The notes below the pieces were generated by a model. That model worked only from the letters and a program-made list of their open reading frames with translations. It searched no databases and was not told the DNA's origin. This document shows, piece after piece, positions 10,757-19,815 of a stretch of DNA of 64,000 bases (position 1 is the first letter of the stretch; each line of letters opens with the position of its first letter). This DNA is from Gaiellales bacterium (GTDB lineage: Bacteria > Actinomycetota > Thermoleophilia > Gaiellales > SKUG01), in the NCBI GenBank assembly GCA_038212015.1, contig JBBQUY010000002.1:7313-71312 (forward strand), read 5' to 3'. The position numbers and the translations under genes are program-made.

Positions 10757-11506
10757 TCACCAGCCGATGACGAGCCGCTCTCCGGTCTCGTCCGGCAATC
10801 CTGCAGCCTTGATGTCCGCGCGTGCTCGTTCGATGTCGTAGGCGGTGCGGTGAAACGACAGCGTGCCGCGTTCGAGGGTCGCCCACGCGGCGCGCGGATC
10901 GCGATCGCGCGGCTGGCCGACCGAACCAGGATTGAACACGCGCCGCGTGCCCCGAGACAGCACGAGGCTCGATCCGGCCGGCATCAACCCGCCCGTGGCG
11001 GCATCCGCGCCCGGCGGCAGCTCCCACAGCAGCGGCATGTGCGTGTGCCCGACAGCGCCGAGCTCGCGCTGCTGCAGCTGCAGGTGCGTCGTCGCGCTCT
11101 CGATCGTGCGCACGTACTCCCACACTGGATCACGATCGGAGCCGTGGTGCAGCTCGACGTGGTCGAGCAGCCGACTCGGCTCGAGCGTACGCAGGTACGC
11201 GATGCGCTCCTCGCCGATCGTGGCGAGCGCGTGTCGGATGCCGGCGCCCGGCCCGCCCTGCCACAGGCCCGGCTCGACCGATTCGGCCGATCGCGGATCG
11301 CCCGCCACCGCCAGGTCATGGTTGCCGGCGAGCACGACCTCGCAGCGCGCACGCACCAGGTCGAGGCACTCACCGGGATTCGCGGCATAGCCGACGGTGT
11401 CGCCCAGACACCAGATGCGCGCGCCAGGGGCGAGCGCGTCGATGTCGGCCAGCACTGTTTCGAGTGCCGGCAGGTTGCCATGTACGTCGCTGATGAGCGC
11501 GATCAC
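10757..11506 (-). CDS. Metallophosphoesterase, YfcE/MJ0936-like
   Basis: Motifs ISDVHGN, GDTVGYA, AGNHD and GHTH. 249 aa. Confidence 0.75.
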   Translation of the reverse strand: MIALISDVHGNLPALETVLADIDALAPGARIWCLGDTVGYAANPGECLDLVRARCEVVLAGNHDLAVAGDPRSAESVEPGLWQGGPGAGIRHALATIGEERIAYLRTLEPSRLLDHVELHHGSDRDPVWEYVRTIESATTHLQLQQRELGAVGHTHMPLLWELPPGADAATGGLMPAGSSLVLSRGTRRVFNPGSVGQPRDRDPRAAWATLERGTLSFHRTAYDIERARADIKAAGLPDETGERLVIGW

Positions 11507-11555
11507 GGCCTCATCCTCGCGCGCGCGTCGGACCCGTGGTGCGACCCCGTCCGTC

Positions 11556-11858
11556 TCAGGACTGCTCGGGGGTCTCCGGGAGGTTCTTGATGCCCTCGCG
11601 CGTCACCCACTTGGACCAGTTGTCCTCGAGTGCGTCGATGAGCTCGCGCACGAAGCGCGGGCTCATGTTCACGCGGCTGACGACGACACCCGGAACCTCG
11701 TCCGCCTCGATCTCGTGGTCCACGCGCGCGAACGTGATCGTGAACTCGTAGTCGGAGTGGCTCACGTTCGCGAAGTTCGCGTAATGCCCCGCCATGATCT
11801 CCGGCGAGGTGTGAATGTTCAGGTGGCGTTCTCGGGGGGCTTCTTCCATGTCGGGCAC
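11556..11858 (-). CDS. DUF3467-like small protein
   Basis: 100 aa. The YANFANVSHSDYEFTITF segment resembles DUF3467. GGGAGGG lies upstream of GTG 11858. Confidence 0.4.
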   Translation of the reverse strand: MPDMEEAPRERHLNIHTSPEIMAGHYANFANVSHSDYEFTITFARVDHEIEADEVPGVVVSRVNMSPRFVRELIDALEDNWSKWVTREGIKNLPETPEQS

Positions 11859-11904
11859 ACTACCCTCCCGGGAGAATCATGCACATGCCGGTTAGGCTCC
11901 AGCC

Positions 11905-12387
11905 GTGGAAGTCCACCTCGTCCGTGCCGACCTCGTCGTGGTCGGGTCCCTCAGCGCCGACCTCGCCAGGGTCGCGGCGGACTACGAGCGCCGCCTCACG
12001 CGCTACGTGAAGCTGCACGTGCACGAACTCAAGGGCGAACCCACCGCGCGCGGCGAGGCCGTCGTGCTGCGGGCCGAAGGGGAGCGCTTCGGCGACACGC
12101 TCGCGAAGATCGAGCGCCAGGCAGGAGAGCAGTCGACGATCGTCGCGCTCGACTCCCGGGGTGACCAGCCCACGACCGAGCAGCTCGCCGCGCGCTGGCT
12201 CGGCGCGCGCCACCTGATCCTCTGCATCGGCGGCACCATGGGGCTGCCTCCCGAGGTGCTGGATCGCACGCGCGATCGCGTGTCGTTCGGCCGCATCACG
12301 CTGCCGCACCAGCTCGCCCGCGTCGTCGCGACCGAGCAGCTGTATCGCTCGTTCCGCATCGCGCGCGGCGAGCCGTACCATTTCTAG
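11905..12387 (+). CDS. rlmH: 23S rRNA (pseudouridine1915-N3)-methyltransferase
   Basis: C-terminal motifs GGTMGLPPEV, ITLPHQLARVV, EQLYRSFRI and GEPYH are diagnostic of the SPOUT RlmH family. GTG start. Confidence 0.8.
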   Translation: MEVHLVRADLVVVGSLSADLARVAADYERRLTRYVKLHVHELKGEPTARGEAVVLRAEGERFGDTLAKIERQAGEQSTIVALDSRGDQPTTEQLAARWLGARHLILCIGGTMGLPPEVLDRTRDRVSFGRITLPHQLARVVATEQLYRSFRIARGEPYHF

Positions 12388-12566
12388 GAACGAGCGCCGA
12401 TCGAGCTCGCTCGAATCGGCCGAGTGGAGACGAAGTGGCGCGAGCAGAGCGAGCAACCATTTCTGAGGGCGCCACCGATCGCCTGCGAAGCTCGCACGCG
12501 CGAACCCGCCGCCGAACGTGCGAGAACGCGCCGCTTACCTGCCGGCGTGGCGGGAACCCTTCGAAC

Positions 12567-13592
12567 ATGGTGCTCGACACCCGCCATCTGCTGCCCTCCC
12601 ACGCACCGCCGGATGCGCTGCACCACGGTGCTCGCATCGACTCCTGCTGCGTTGCGCTGCTCGACACGATCGGCGGTACGCCGCTCGTGGACGTGTCGCT
12701 GCTGCTCGACCAGCGACGCACCAAGCCCGGCGTCCGCCTCTTCGCCAAGCTCGAAGGCTTCAACCCGACCGGCAGCGTCAAGGACCGGATCGCGCTGTGG
12801 ATGGTCAACGACGCGCTGGAACGCGGCGCGCTGGAACCCGGTCGTACGATCCTCGAGCCGACAAGCGGCAACACCGGCATCTCGCTCGCGTTCGTCGGGC
12901 GTCTGCTCGGCCACCGCGTTCGTGCCGTGCTGCCCGACAACGCCACACCCGAGCGCGTCCAGGTGCTGCGCACCTACGGGGCGGAGGTCATCTTCAGCGA
13001 CGGGGACCTCGGCAGCAACGGTGCGGTCCAGCTCGCCAAACAGCTTGCTGCAGAAGACCCGAGCCTGTTCATGCCGATGCAGTACGAGAACCCCGCGAAC
13101 CCACGCGCCCACTACGAGACGACCGCCGTCGAGCTGCTCGAGCAGGTCGAGCATCGCCGCATCCACGCATTCGTGGCCGGGCTCGGCACCGGCGGCACGC
13201 TCATGGGCGTCGGCAGACGGCTGCTCGAGCGCGACCGTCGCACGCAGATCGTCGCAGCCGAGCCCAAGCCGGGTGACGCGATCATGGGCCTGCGAAGCCT
13301 GGAAGCCGGCTACGTGCCGCCGATCCTCGACACCTCCATGCTCACTCGACGCATCTATGTCACGAACCGCCACTCGGTGCTCGGCACGCGCTCGCTCGCA
13401 GGCATCGGTGTGTTCACCGGGATCTCTGCGGGTGCCGCCGCACAGGTCGCGCGTCTCATCGCAACCGAATCGCCGCGCGACAGCTGCGTCGTGTTCCTGT
13501 GTGCGGATTCGGGATGGAAGTACCTGAGCGCCGACCTGTTCGGCCGCGACCTCGACGATCTCGAAGAACGCATGGATGCCGGCCACTGGTGA
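12567..13592 (+). CDS. Cysteine synthase family PLP enzyme (CysK/CysM-like)
   Basis: Start ATG 12567 (MVLDTRHLL). Motifs NPTGSVKDR (PLP lysine), TSGNTG and GxGTGGT. 341 aa. The upstream part of the longer track ORF is not coding. Confidence 0.8.
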   Translation: MVLDTRHLLPSHAPPDALHHGARIDSCCVALLDTIGGTPLVDVSLLLDQRRTKPGVRLFAKLEGFNPTGSVKDRIALWMVNDALERGALEPGRTILEPTSGNTGISLAFVGRLLGHRVRAVLPDNATPERVQVLRTYGAEVIFSDGDLGSNGAVQLAKQLAAEDPSLFMPMQYENPANPRAHYETTAVELLEQVEHRRIHAFVAGLGTGGTLMGVGRRLLERDRRTQIVAAEPKPGDAIMGLRSLEAGYVPPILDTSMLTRRIYVTNRHSVLGTRSLAGIGVFTGISAGAAAQVARLIATESPRDSCVVFLCADSGWKYLSADLFGRDLDDLEERMDAGHW

Positions 13593-13748
13593 CGGCGTGC
13601 CGAGGCGCATCCCGGTCCGCGAATCGGGGGACGTCGGGCGACTTCGTCCACGATCGCGACTTCGATGGGCCGGATGATGGACGCAGTGGTGGTGGCGGGC
13701 GAAACGGCATCCCGCAGGCGGGCTGCGAGCGCACGATAGGCTGCATGC

Positions 13749-15422
13749 ATGTCGCCAACCACTCAGAACTCTGCGCTCCGAGGCCTGCATGAGGCATTGC
13801 AGGCGATCGTCGACGACCTTGCCCGTGCGGGCGAGGCGGCGGGCACGCCCCGCGTCGAGCTCGAGCGTCCGCGCGACGAGGCACACGGCGACTTCGCGAC
13901 CAACGCCGCGCTGATGCTGGCGCCGGTCGTGCGCCGCAATCCGCGCGAGGTCGCGCAGGACATCGCCGATCGCGCCGGCGCGCTGCCGGGCGTGACGAGC
14001 GTCGACGTTGCCGGCCCCGGGTTCATCAACCTGACGATGGCCGACGAGTGGTTCCTCGAGACGGTCGAGACCGCGCTCGACGCCGGCGACCAGTTCGGCA
14101 CCGGCGTGCTCGCCGACCCCGTGCCGATCCTGCTCGAGTTCGTGAGCGCCAACCCGACCGGCCCGCTCGTCGCTGCCAGCGCACGCCATGCCGCATACGG
14201 CGACGCCCTTGCGCGCGTGCTGCGACATGCTGGCCACGAGGTCACCACCGAGTTCTACGTCAACGACGCCGGTCGCCAGGTCGACCTGTTCGGCGCGTCG
14301 ATCCTCGCCCGCGCCACGGGCGGCGAGGTGCCCGAGGACGGCTACCAGGGTGACTACGTCGTCGAGCTCGCGAACGAGCTGGGCGTGACCGCGGACGACG
14401 ATCCCGTCGAGCTCGGTCAGCGCGGAGTCGCGGCGATGATCGCCGGCATGCGCGAGTCCCTCAAGCAGCTCGGCGTGCACTTCGACTCGTTCTTCTCGGA
14501 AAAGTCGCTCCACGACTCAGGTGCCGTCGATGCCGGCATCGAGAAGGTCACTGCCGCCGGCTACACCGACGACGAGGACGGCGCGGTCATCCTGCGCACG
14601 ACGACCTGGGGCGACGATCGTGACCGCGCGATCCGCCGCGCCAACGGTGTGCCGACCTACTTCGCCGCCGACATCGCCTACCTCGAGGACAAGTTCGCGC
14701 GCGCCGGCGATCGAGGCCACCTGATCTACGTGCTCGGGGCCGACCATCATGGCTACATCGCCCGCCTGAAGGGCGCGTCGCAGGCGCTCGGCCACGAGGT
14801 CGACACGCCCGAGATCGTGATCATGCAGATGGTCACGCTCACCGAAGCGGGCGAGCAGAAGAAGATGAGCAAGCGGCGCGGCGACTTCGTCACCGCCGCC
14901 GAGCTCGTGGAGCGCATCGGCGCAGACGCCACCCGCTTCTGGATGCTCGAGCGCTCGCACGACCAGCAGCTCGAGATCGACCTGAATCGCGCCTCGGAGC
15001 AGGGCGACGAGAACCCCGTCTACTACGTGCAGATGATGCACGCCAGGCTGTGCTCGATCCGCCGCAACGTCGAAGCCGCCGGCCTCGCCGACGGCGACGC
15101 CTCCGCCGCCGACGAGCCGCTCCACGCGAGCGAGAAGCGACTCATCAAGCGCCTGAGCGAACTGCCGATCGTCGTGGCCGACGCCGCCGAGCGCCGCGTG
15201 CCGCATCGCGTGCACCACTACGCGCGCGAGCTCGCGAGCGACGTGTCGAAGTTCTACCGCGACTGTCGCGTGATGGGTGACGGCATCGATCCGGCGATCA
15301 CTGCGCGCCGACTGCGCACCGCTGATGCCGCCCGGTCGGTGCTCGCGCTGTCGCTGCAGCTCGTCGGTGTCTCCGCTCCCGAAGCGATGGAGCGCCGCGA
15401 GGTCGAGGCCGACGCGGAATGA
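13749..15422 (+). CDS. argS: Arginine--tRNA ligase
   Basis: 557 aa. Motifs EFVSANPTGPL, DHHGYIARL and QMMHARL (KMSKS-region equivalent). Confidence 0.9.
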   Translation: MSPTTQNSALRGLHEALQAIVDDLARAGEAAGTPRVELERPRDEAHGDFATNAALMLAPVVRRNPREVAQDIADRAGALPGVTSVDVAGPGFINLTMADEWFLETVETALDAGDQFGTGVLADPVPILLEFVSANPTGPLVAASARHAAYGDALARVLRHAGHEVTTEFYVNDAGRQVDLFGASILARATGGEVPEDGYQGDYVVELANELGVTADDDPVELGQRGVAAMIAGMRESLKQLGVHFDSFFSEKSLHDSGAVDAGIEKVTAAGYTDDEDGAVILRTTTWGDDRDRAIRRANGVPTYFAADIAYLEDKFARAGDRGHLIYVLGADHHGYIARLKGASQALGHEVDTPEIVIMQMVTLTEAGEQKKMSKRRGDFVTAAELVERIGADATRFWMLERSHDQQLEIDLNRASEQGDENPVYYVQMMHARLCSIRRNVEAAGLADGDASAADEPLHASEKRLIKRLSELPIVVADAAERRVPHRVHHYARELASDVSKFYRDCRVMGDGIDPAITARRLRTADAARSVLALSLQLVGVSAPEAMERREVEADAE

Positions 15423-16321
15423 GCGCGAACGTCGTCGTGGCCGATCACGGCGACCTCGCCGCGACCCGATCGGCCGCACCGACCCCCGGCCCCCAGGCCG
15501 CAGCAGCCCGCGCGGCAGTCGTCCGTGCACTCGAGCAGCGCGACGACGCGCTCGCGGCGTGGGAGGCCGGCTCGGCGGCGTTCGGCCGCGCCGATCTCGC
15601 CAGCGACCTCGACGTCGCCGTCATTTCCACGGGTGACGCGGGCACCGGCACGCGCATCCTCGATGCGATCGAGGAGCAGCTCGCCGACGTCACCGACCTC
15701 GACCTGTGGGACGTCGGCGAGTCGAAGTTCGGCGTGCAGCGCTTCTGGCAACCCGCTCGCCCCGGCGACGACGCCCCGATCTGCATGGTCGATGTGTCCG
15801 TGCTCGGCGTCGACGTCGACGCCGACAAGCTGCGCGAGCTGCTGACCGTCGAGCGACACGGCGGCGCGCTCTCGCTGCACGATCCCGACGGCGTGCTCGC
15901 GGACCTGCTCGCCACCAACGTCTTCGACGCAGACGCGCATCGCGCACGGATTGCCGCCGAACTCGACTCGATCCGCACGCGTCACGTGATGCTCGCCGGG
16001 TTCGGCCCCAAGGAGCTTGAGCGCGGGCGCACGCTCGACGCACACTGGGTCCTCAACGCGATGGTCGTCGGGCCGCTCGTGACGCTGCTCGGGATGGTGC
16101 ATCGCCCGCTCCGCTTCGACTTCGCGCTGCGCTACCTGCACGAGGAGCTGCCGACGGACGTCGTCGAGTGTCTGGAGCCGATCGTCGAACCCGGCCGGGA
16201 ACACCTGCGCGACGCGATCGTCGAGGGGATCGGCTGGATCGATGCGATCCTCGCCGACATCGATCCGGACGCGCTGCCGGTCGAGCGACACGCGGCGGAG
16301 ATGCGCGCCGCGTTCGGCTGA
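15419..16321 (+). CDS. Nucleotidyltransferase-fold protein (Pol-beta superfamily), function unknown
   Basis: ATGA overlap with the argS stop. G-x(n)-SDLDVAV matches the hG[GS]...DhD nucleotidyltransferase signature. 300 aa. Confidence 0.55.
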   Translation: MSANVVVADHGDLAATRSAAPTPGPQAAAARAAVVRALEQRDDALAAWEAGSAAFGRADLASDLDVAVISTGDAGTGTRILDAIEEQLADVTDLDLWDVGESKFGVQRFWQPARPGDDAPICMVDVSVLGVDVDADKLRELLTVERHGGALSLHDPDGVLADLLATNVFDADAHRARIAAELDSIRTRHVMLAGFGPKELERGRTLDAHWVLNAMVVGPLVTLLGMVHRPLRFDFALRYLHEELPTDVVECLEPIVEPGREHLRDAIVEGIGWIDAILADIDPDALPVERHAAEMRAAFG

Positions 16322-16328
16322 CGATCGT

Positions 16329-16739
16329 TCAGCCAGGCGCCGCCACGACGCTCAGCGTGCACCTGGATTCGAGCACGCGAGCGCCCGTCGAGTCGTGCAC
16401 TTCGATCCGCCACACGTGCCGATCGTCGTGCAGCACGAGCGGCGTCGCGAGTGCGCGCGTCACTCCGGCTGCAGGCTGTACGACGAACGAGGCGTCGAGT
16501 TCGGCGCCGAAGGCGCGCCGCCCGCTGCCCGCCGCGAGTCCGGCGGCCGTGGAGGCAACGGTCTCGGCGGCCACGAGCAGCAGGCCGCGGCACGCGACGG
16601 AGCCGTCCACCGGCATCCGCGCCTCGACCCGTTCGGCGGTGCAGGCCAGCAGTTCGATGCCGAGCACGCCGAGAGCGGTGTCGACGAGCGGTCGCGTGCC
16701 GGGTCGCGGATCTGCGGTGAGGGGAACGGCGTCGTGCAT
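16329..16739 (-). CDS. Hotdog-fold thioesterase (PaaI/YbgC-like)
   Basis: The real start is ATG 16739 (MHDAVPL...). 136 aa. The segment LGIELL...ARMPV...HDDRHVWRIEV matches the PaaI-type hotdog pattern. The longer ORF upstream is R-rich frame noise. Confidence 0.55.
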   Translation of the reverse strand: MHDAVPLTADPRPGTRPLVDTALGVLGIELLACTAERVEARMPVDGSVACRGLLLVAAETVASTAAGLAAGSGRRAFGAELDASFVVQPAAGVTRALATPLVLHDDRHVWRIEVHDSTGARVLESRCTLSVVAAPG

Positions 16740-16893
16740 CTCGGTGGATCCTGCCCGAAAATTGTCGATGCCCGCCACTGGGACAGGTGGCGGGCATCGG
16801 CTGGGGATGTGACGTGCGCCATGTGGGAGGGGCGGCGCACTGTCGATGGCGCGGTGGTGGACGGACGATCCGCCGACGCGCCGGGGTGTCCGA

Positions 16894-17100
16894 CTAGCGG
16901 ACGTTGCGGTCCTGCATGCGCTGGAACGCTGCGTTGCGGATGGCGTCGGCGAGGTCGACGACGTCCGGCTTCGGGAAAGGGAGGGGCTGCATCGTGCTGC
17001 CACCCTGGCGGGTGCGCGGCAGCGGCGCCTGCGTTCCGGTGCGCGGCCCGTCAAGGGGGCGGACCGGAAGCGGCTTCATGATGCCTGCTGCGGTGATCAT
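16894..17100 (-). CDS. Small hypothetical protein (68 aa)
   Basis: AGGAG lies 10 nt upstream of the ATG, with a promoter-like TTGACT/AATATT pair further upstream in an AT-rich island. No recognizable motif. Confidence 0.35.
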   Translation of the reverse strand: MITAAGIMKPLPVRPLDGPRTGTQAPLPRTRQGGSTMQPLPFPKPDVVDLADAIRNAAFQRMQDRNVR

Positions 17101-17150
17101 GTCGGTGGTACTCCTGGGGAGGGGGAGGGGTGGTGCGTCCTTGCAAATGG

Positions 17151-17180
17151 AATATTTCCACGCGAACGACCCAAAGTCAA
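17151..17180 (-). promoter_or_regulatory. Sigma70-like promoter: -35 TTGACT, 18-nt spacer, -10 AATATT, driving the 68-aa ORF
   Basis: Read on the minus strand inside an unusually AT-rich 80-bp patch. A C-rich 5'UTR (cccctccccctcccc) follows. Confidence 0.35.
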
Positions 17181-17279
17181 GAAATTCATCAAGGCTGTTC
17201 GCGATTATGCGGCAAGAACGGCCACGGGGGTGGTCCCAGGTCGGCCACGGGCCGGAATATCGTCACATCGCGCGCGTGC

Positions 17280-17846
17280 TCAGCAGGCTGGATACGCTGG
17301 GGTTGATGCCGGGGCGCCCATGTAGCACGCACTCGCGCCCGGCCCCGTCCACTGCGCGCCGGAGTTCTTGCGCGCGATCACGCGAACCCAGTAGCGCGGC
17401 TCGGCGAGATAGCAGACCGAGACCCACGCGGTCTGCGTCGATGCACCGGTCGGGTTGCTCGGCGCTCCGCAGTTGGCGTCGACCGAGATGCCGACGCGGC
17501 CGGCCGAGACGGACTCAGGCGTGGACTTCATGTACGGCTGGCCGGTGAGGTTGCGCGGTCCGCGCTGCGTGGCCGCCGTGTTGTTGCCCCACCAGCGCTG
17601 CGTCGGCGGCCCGGTGGTCGGGGGGTGTCGATTCGCAAAATCCGCGTGGTACTGCGAAACGGCCTGCATATAGGCGCTGCCGACGGTCTTGCCGTCCTGG
17701 AAATACGTCGCCTTCTTCGCGCCGCCGAACATCTGGATCACGATCGCGAAGAGGATGGCGACGACGACCATCGCGATCAACATCTCGACCACGGTGAAGC
17801 CGCGCTCGCGGGCGTGCGTGTAGGTGCGTGAGGCGATTCGAGGCAT
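17280..17846 (-). CDS. Type IV pilin / pseudopilin with prepilin cleavage-methylation motif
   Basis: Start ATG 17846. The leader MPRIASRTYTHARERG is followed by FTVVEMLIAMVVVAILFAI (the G|FTxxE class III signal). Four C-terminal Cys. 188 aa. The upstream part of the track ORF is not coding. Confidence 0.7.
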   Translation of the reverse strand: MPRIASRTYTHARERGFTVVEMLIAMVVVAILFAIVIQMFGGAKKATYFQDGKTVGSAYMQAVSQYHADFANRHPPTTGPPTQRWWGNNTAATQRGPRNLTGQPYMKSTPESVSAGRVGISVDANCGAPSNPTGASTQTAWVSVCYLAEPRYWVRVIARKNSGAQWTGPGASACYMGAPASTPAYPAC

Positions 17847-17946
17847 CGATGGGCGTCCCTCGTGGGCGTGCGGACATCGAAGCATCGGCCGTGGGAGGCG
17901 CGGCCTTGAGCCCGGCGGCGAAGCGATCCGGTGGTAGTCTCGCGCC

Positions 17947-18450
17947 ATGGATCCCTGTCCCTGCGGCTCCGGCCGTTCCGCAACCGAATGCTGTCAGCCC
18001 GTCATCCGCCGCGAGCGGACCGCCGCCACGGCGGAGGAGCTCATGCGATCGCGATACACCGCGTTCGTGCTGAGCGACGTCGACTGGATCATGGACAGCC
18101 ACCACTCCGAGACCGTCGACGAGATCGATCGCGACGAGGTTGAGAAGTGGGCGTCCGGGTCGGAGTGGATGGGCCTGCGCATCAAGTCGACCACCGATGG
18201 CGGCGCGGACGACAGTGAAGGCACGGTCTCGTTCCGTGCCCGCTACAAGGTGCAGGGCCAGCAGGTCGATCACGTCGAAAAGGCGCGCTTCGAGCGCGAG
18301 AACGGCGAATGGCGCTTCCACTCCGTCGTCGAGGAGAACGACCAGCCCGAGCTCGTGCCGGTCGGTCCGAAGTCCGAGGTCGGTCGCAACGACCCGTGCC
18401 CCTGCGGCTCCGGCAAGAAGTACAAGAAGTGCCACGGGGCGGCGGCTTGA
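17947..18450 (+). CDS. ychJ: YchJ-family protein (UPF0225, SEC-C motifs at both termini)
   Basis: N-terminal CPCGSG...CC and C-terminal [21 protein letters not shown] metal-binding motifs. 167 aa. Confidence 0.8.
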   Translation: MDPCPCGSGRSATECCQPVIRRERTAATAEELMRSRYTAFVLSDVDWIMDSHHSETVDEIDRDEVEKWASGSEWMGLRIKSTTDGGADDSEGTVSFRARYKVQGQQVDHVEKARFERENGEWRFHSVVEENDQPELVPVGPKSEVGRNDPCPCGSGKKYKKCHGAAA

Positions 18451-18463
18451 CGATCAGGCGGGT

Positions 18464-18736
18464 TCAGCCCTCGTCGCGCGGCATGTAGCCGCACGAGTCG
18501 CACTGTGTGCGTCCGTGATCGAGGGTGACGAGCTCGCCCGTCGCGCACATCGGGCACGCTGCGCCGAGCGCGTGTGACGCGACGTCGCCGTCCTCGCGTC
18601 CGAAGTGCTCGAACGAATGCCCGCACTCGTGGCAGAAGTCGTCGCCGTGCAGGTCCGGCTCGCCGCAGCCCGGGCAGTCCGGGCGCGTGACGGCCGCGGT
18701 CTTCGTTTCGGGCTCGTCGTCACCGATCGTCCACAT
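18464..18736 (-). CDS. Double zinc-ribbon small protein
   Basis: Start ATG 18736 with GGAGGTG upstream. Two CxxC...CxxC clusters. 90 aa. It sits 22 nt downstream of lysR on the same strand. Confidence 0.45.
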   Translation of the reverse strand: MWTIGDDEPETKTAAVTRPDCPGCGEPDLHGDDFCHECGHSFEHFGREDGDVASHALGAACPMCATGELVTLDHGRTQCDSCGYMPRDEG

Positions 18737-18758
18737 CTCGCACCTCCCGCCCGTTGCA

Positions 18759-19658
18759 TCACCAGTCGCGCGCTGCATGCGCGATGCGTCCGTGTACCCA
18801 CGCGAGCGACGAGCGACGCAACGATCCAGCCCGCCACGCCAGGTACAGGCGCGATCGCGTGGGAGCGGTTGGCTGGACGAGCCGAACGAGTTCGCCGCGC
18901 TGCATCGGCTCGGCAATGGTGTGCGACGGCAGCACGGTCATGCCGACGCCGCGCACCGCGAACTGCAGCGTGCTGCGGAGGCTGTTGGCCACGAGCATCG
19001 CGTGGATCTTCGGCGACGTGCGAAACACCGTCTGCCAGTAAATTCGCACGAGCGGCAACTCCTCGTCGTGCGCGGCGAGCGGTACGTCTGCAAGCGCGGC
19101 CGCGCCCTCGGGGCCCTCGGGGATCTCGCCGAGGCGCTCCAGCCACTCGGGCGAGCTGACCAGTTCGAGGTACTCGAAGCACAGCGGTTGGGTCTCGATA
19201 CCCTGGCGACGCGTGTCGACGGTCAGTACGGCGATGTCGAGCTCGCCGTCGACGAGCTTGTCGAGCACCGGGGCGTCGACCCCGAAGAACATGCGAACGC
19301 GAAGTCCGTCCTCCATCATCGGGGCGAGCTCGGGGAATACGCGCACGCCGAGAAATTCCTCGGGCCCACCGATGTGGACGGTGTCGCCGACCGCCGGCGC
19401 TGCCTCGCCGCTGCCGTCGAGTGCGCCCTCGAGCGCATCCACGTGGGGCGCGACGGCCTGCGCGAGTTCGCGACCGGCTGCCGTGGGCACGACGCCGCGC
19501 GCCTCGCGGCGAAAGAGTGGCTTGCCGACCTGTGCCTCGAGCGCGCGGATCTGCACGCTCACCGCGGGCTGGGTGAGGTGCAGTTCATGCGCCGCGCGCG
19601 TGAACGTGCCCGCGCGGTACACGGTGAGGAACGTCCTGAGCAGGTGGATGTCGGCCAT
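18759..19658 (-). CDS. LysR-family transcriptional regulator
   Basis: Start ATG 19658 (MADIHLLRTFLTVYRAGTFTRAAHELHLTQPAVSVQIRALE is the LysR HTH). 299 aa. Confidence 0.85.
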   Translation of the reverse strand: MADIHLLRTFLTVYRAGTFTRAAHELHLTQPAVSVQIRALEAQVGKPLFRREARGVVPTAAGRELAQAVAPHVDALEGALDGSGEAAPAVGDTVHIGGPEEFLGVRVFPELAPMMEDGLRVRMFFGVDAPVLDKLVDGELDIAVLTVDTRRQGIETQPLCFEYLELVSSPEWLERLGEIPEGPEGAAALADVPLAAHDEELPLVRIYWQTVFRTSPKIHAMLVANSLRSTLQFAVRGVGMTVLPSHTIAEPMQRGELVRLVQPTAPTRSRLYLAWRAGSLRRSSLAWVHGRIAHAARDW

Positions 19659-19695
19659 GGCGAGCGGGTGGTGGGCTGCGATCCCGCCGCGACCC

Positions 19696-19709
19696 ATAAC
19701 TCAGATTAT
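19696..19709. promoter_or_regulatory. Candidate LysR box ATAAC-TCAG-ATTAT in the divergent intergenic region
   Basis: Dyad consistent with the T-N11-A consensus, sited between lysR and the divergent gene. A second imperfect dyad TGATCCA-N5-GGATTCA lies at 19721-19739. Confidence 0.3.
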
Positions 19710-19815
19710 GCCACATGGCCTGATCCATTATTGGATTCATTGGCTGTGGATCAGTACGGTTCACCCAGCAAGGACGCTCGATCTTCTGGGCGCATCACGT
19801 GGAAAGGACGCCACG

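Noticed and set aside
12388-12566. Possible riboswitch or leader upstream of the cysteine synthase homolog
   Set aside because: The 179-nt upstream region is long enough for a riboswitch. I could not recognize any SAM, T-box or other riboswitch consensus by eye, so nothing is reported.
12384-14513. 709-aa minus-strand ORF across the cysteine synthase and argS region
   Set aside because: Antisense to two well-supported genes.
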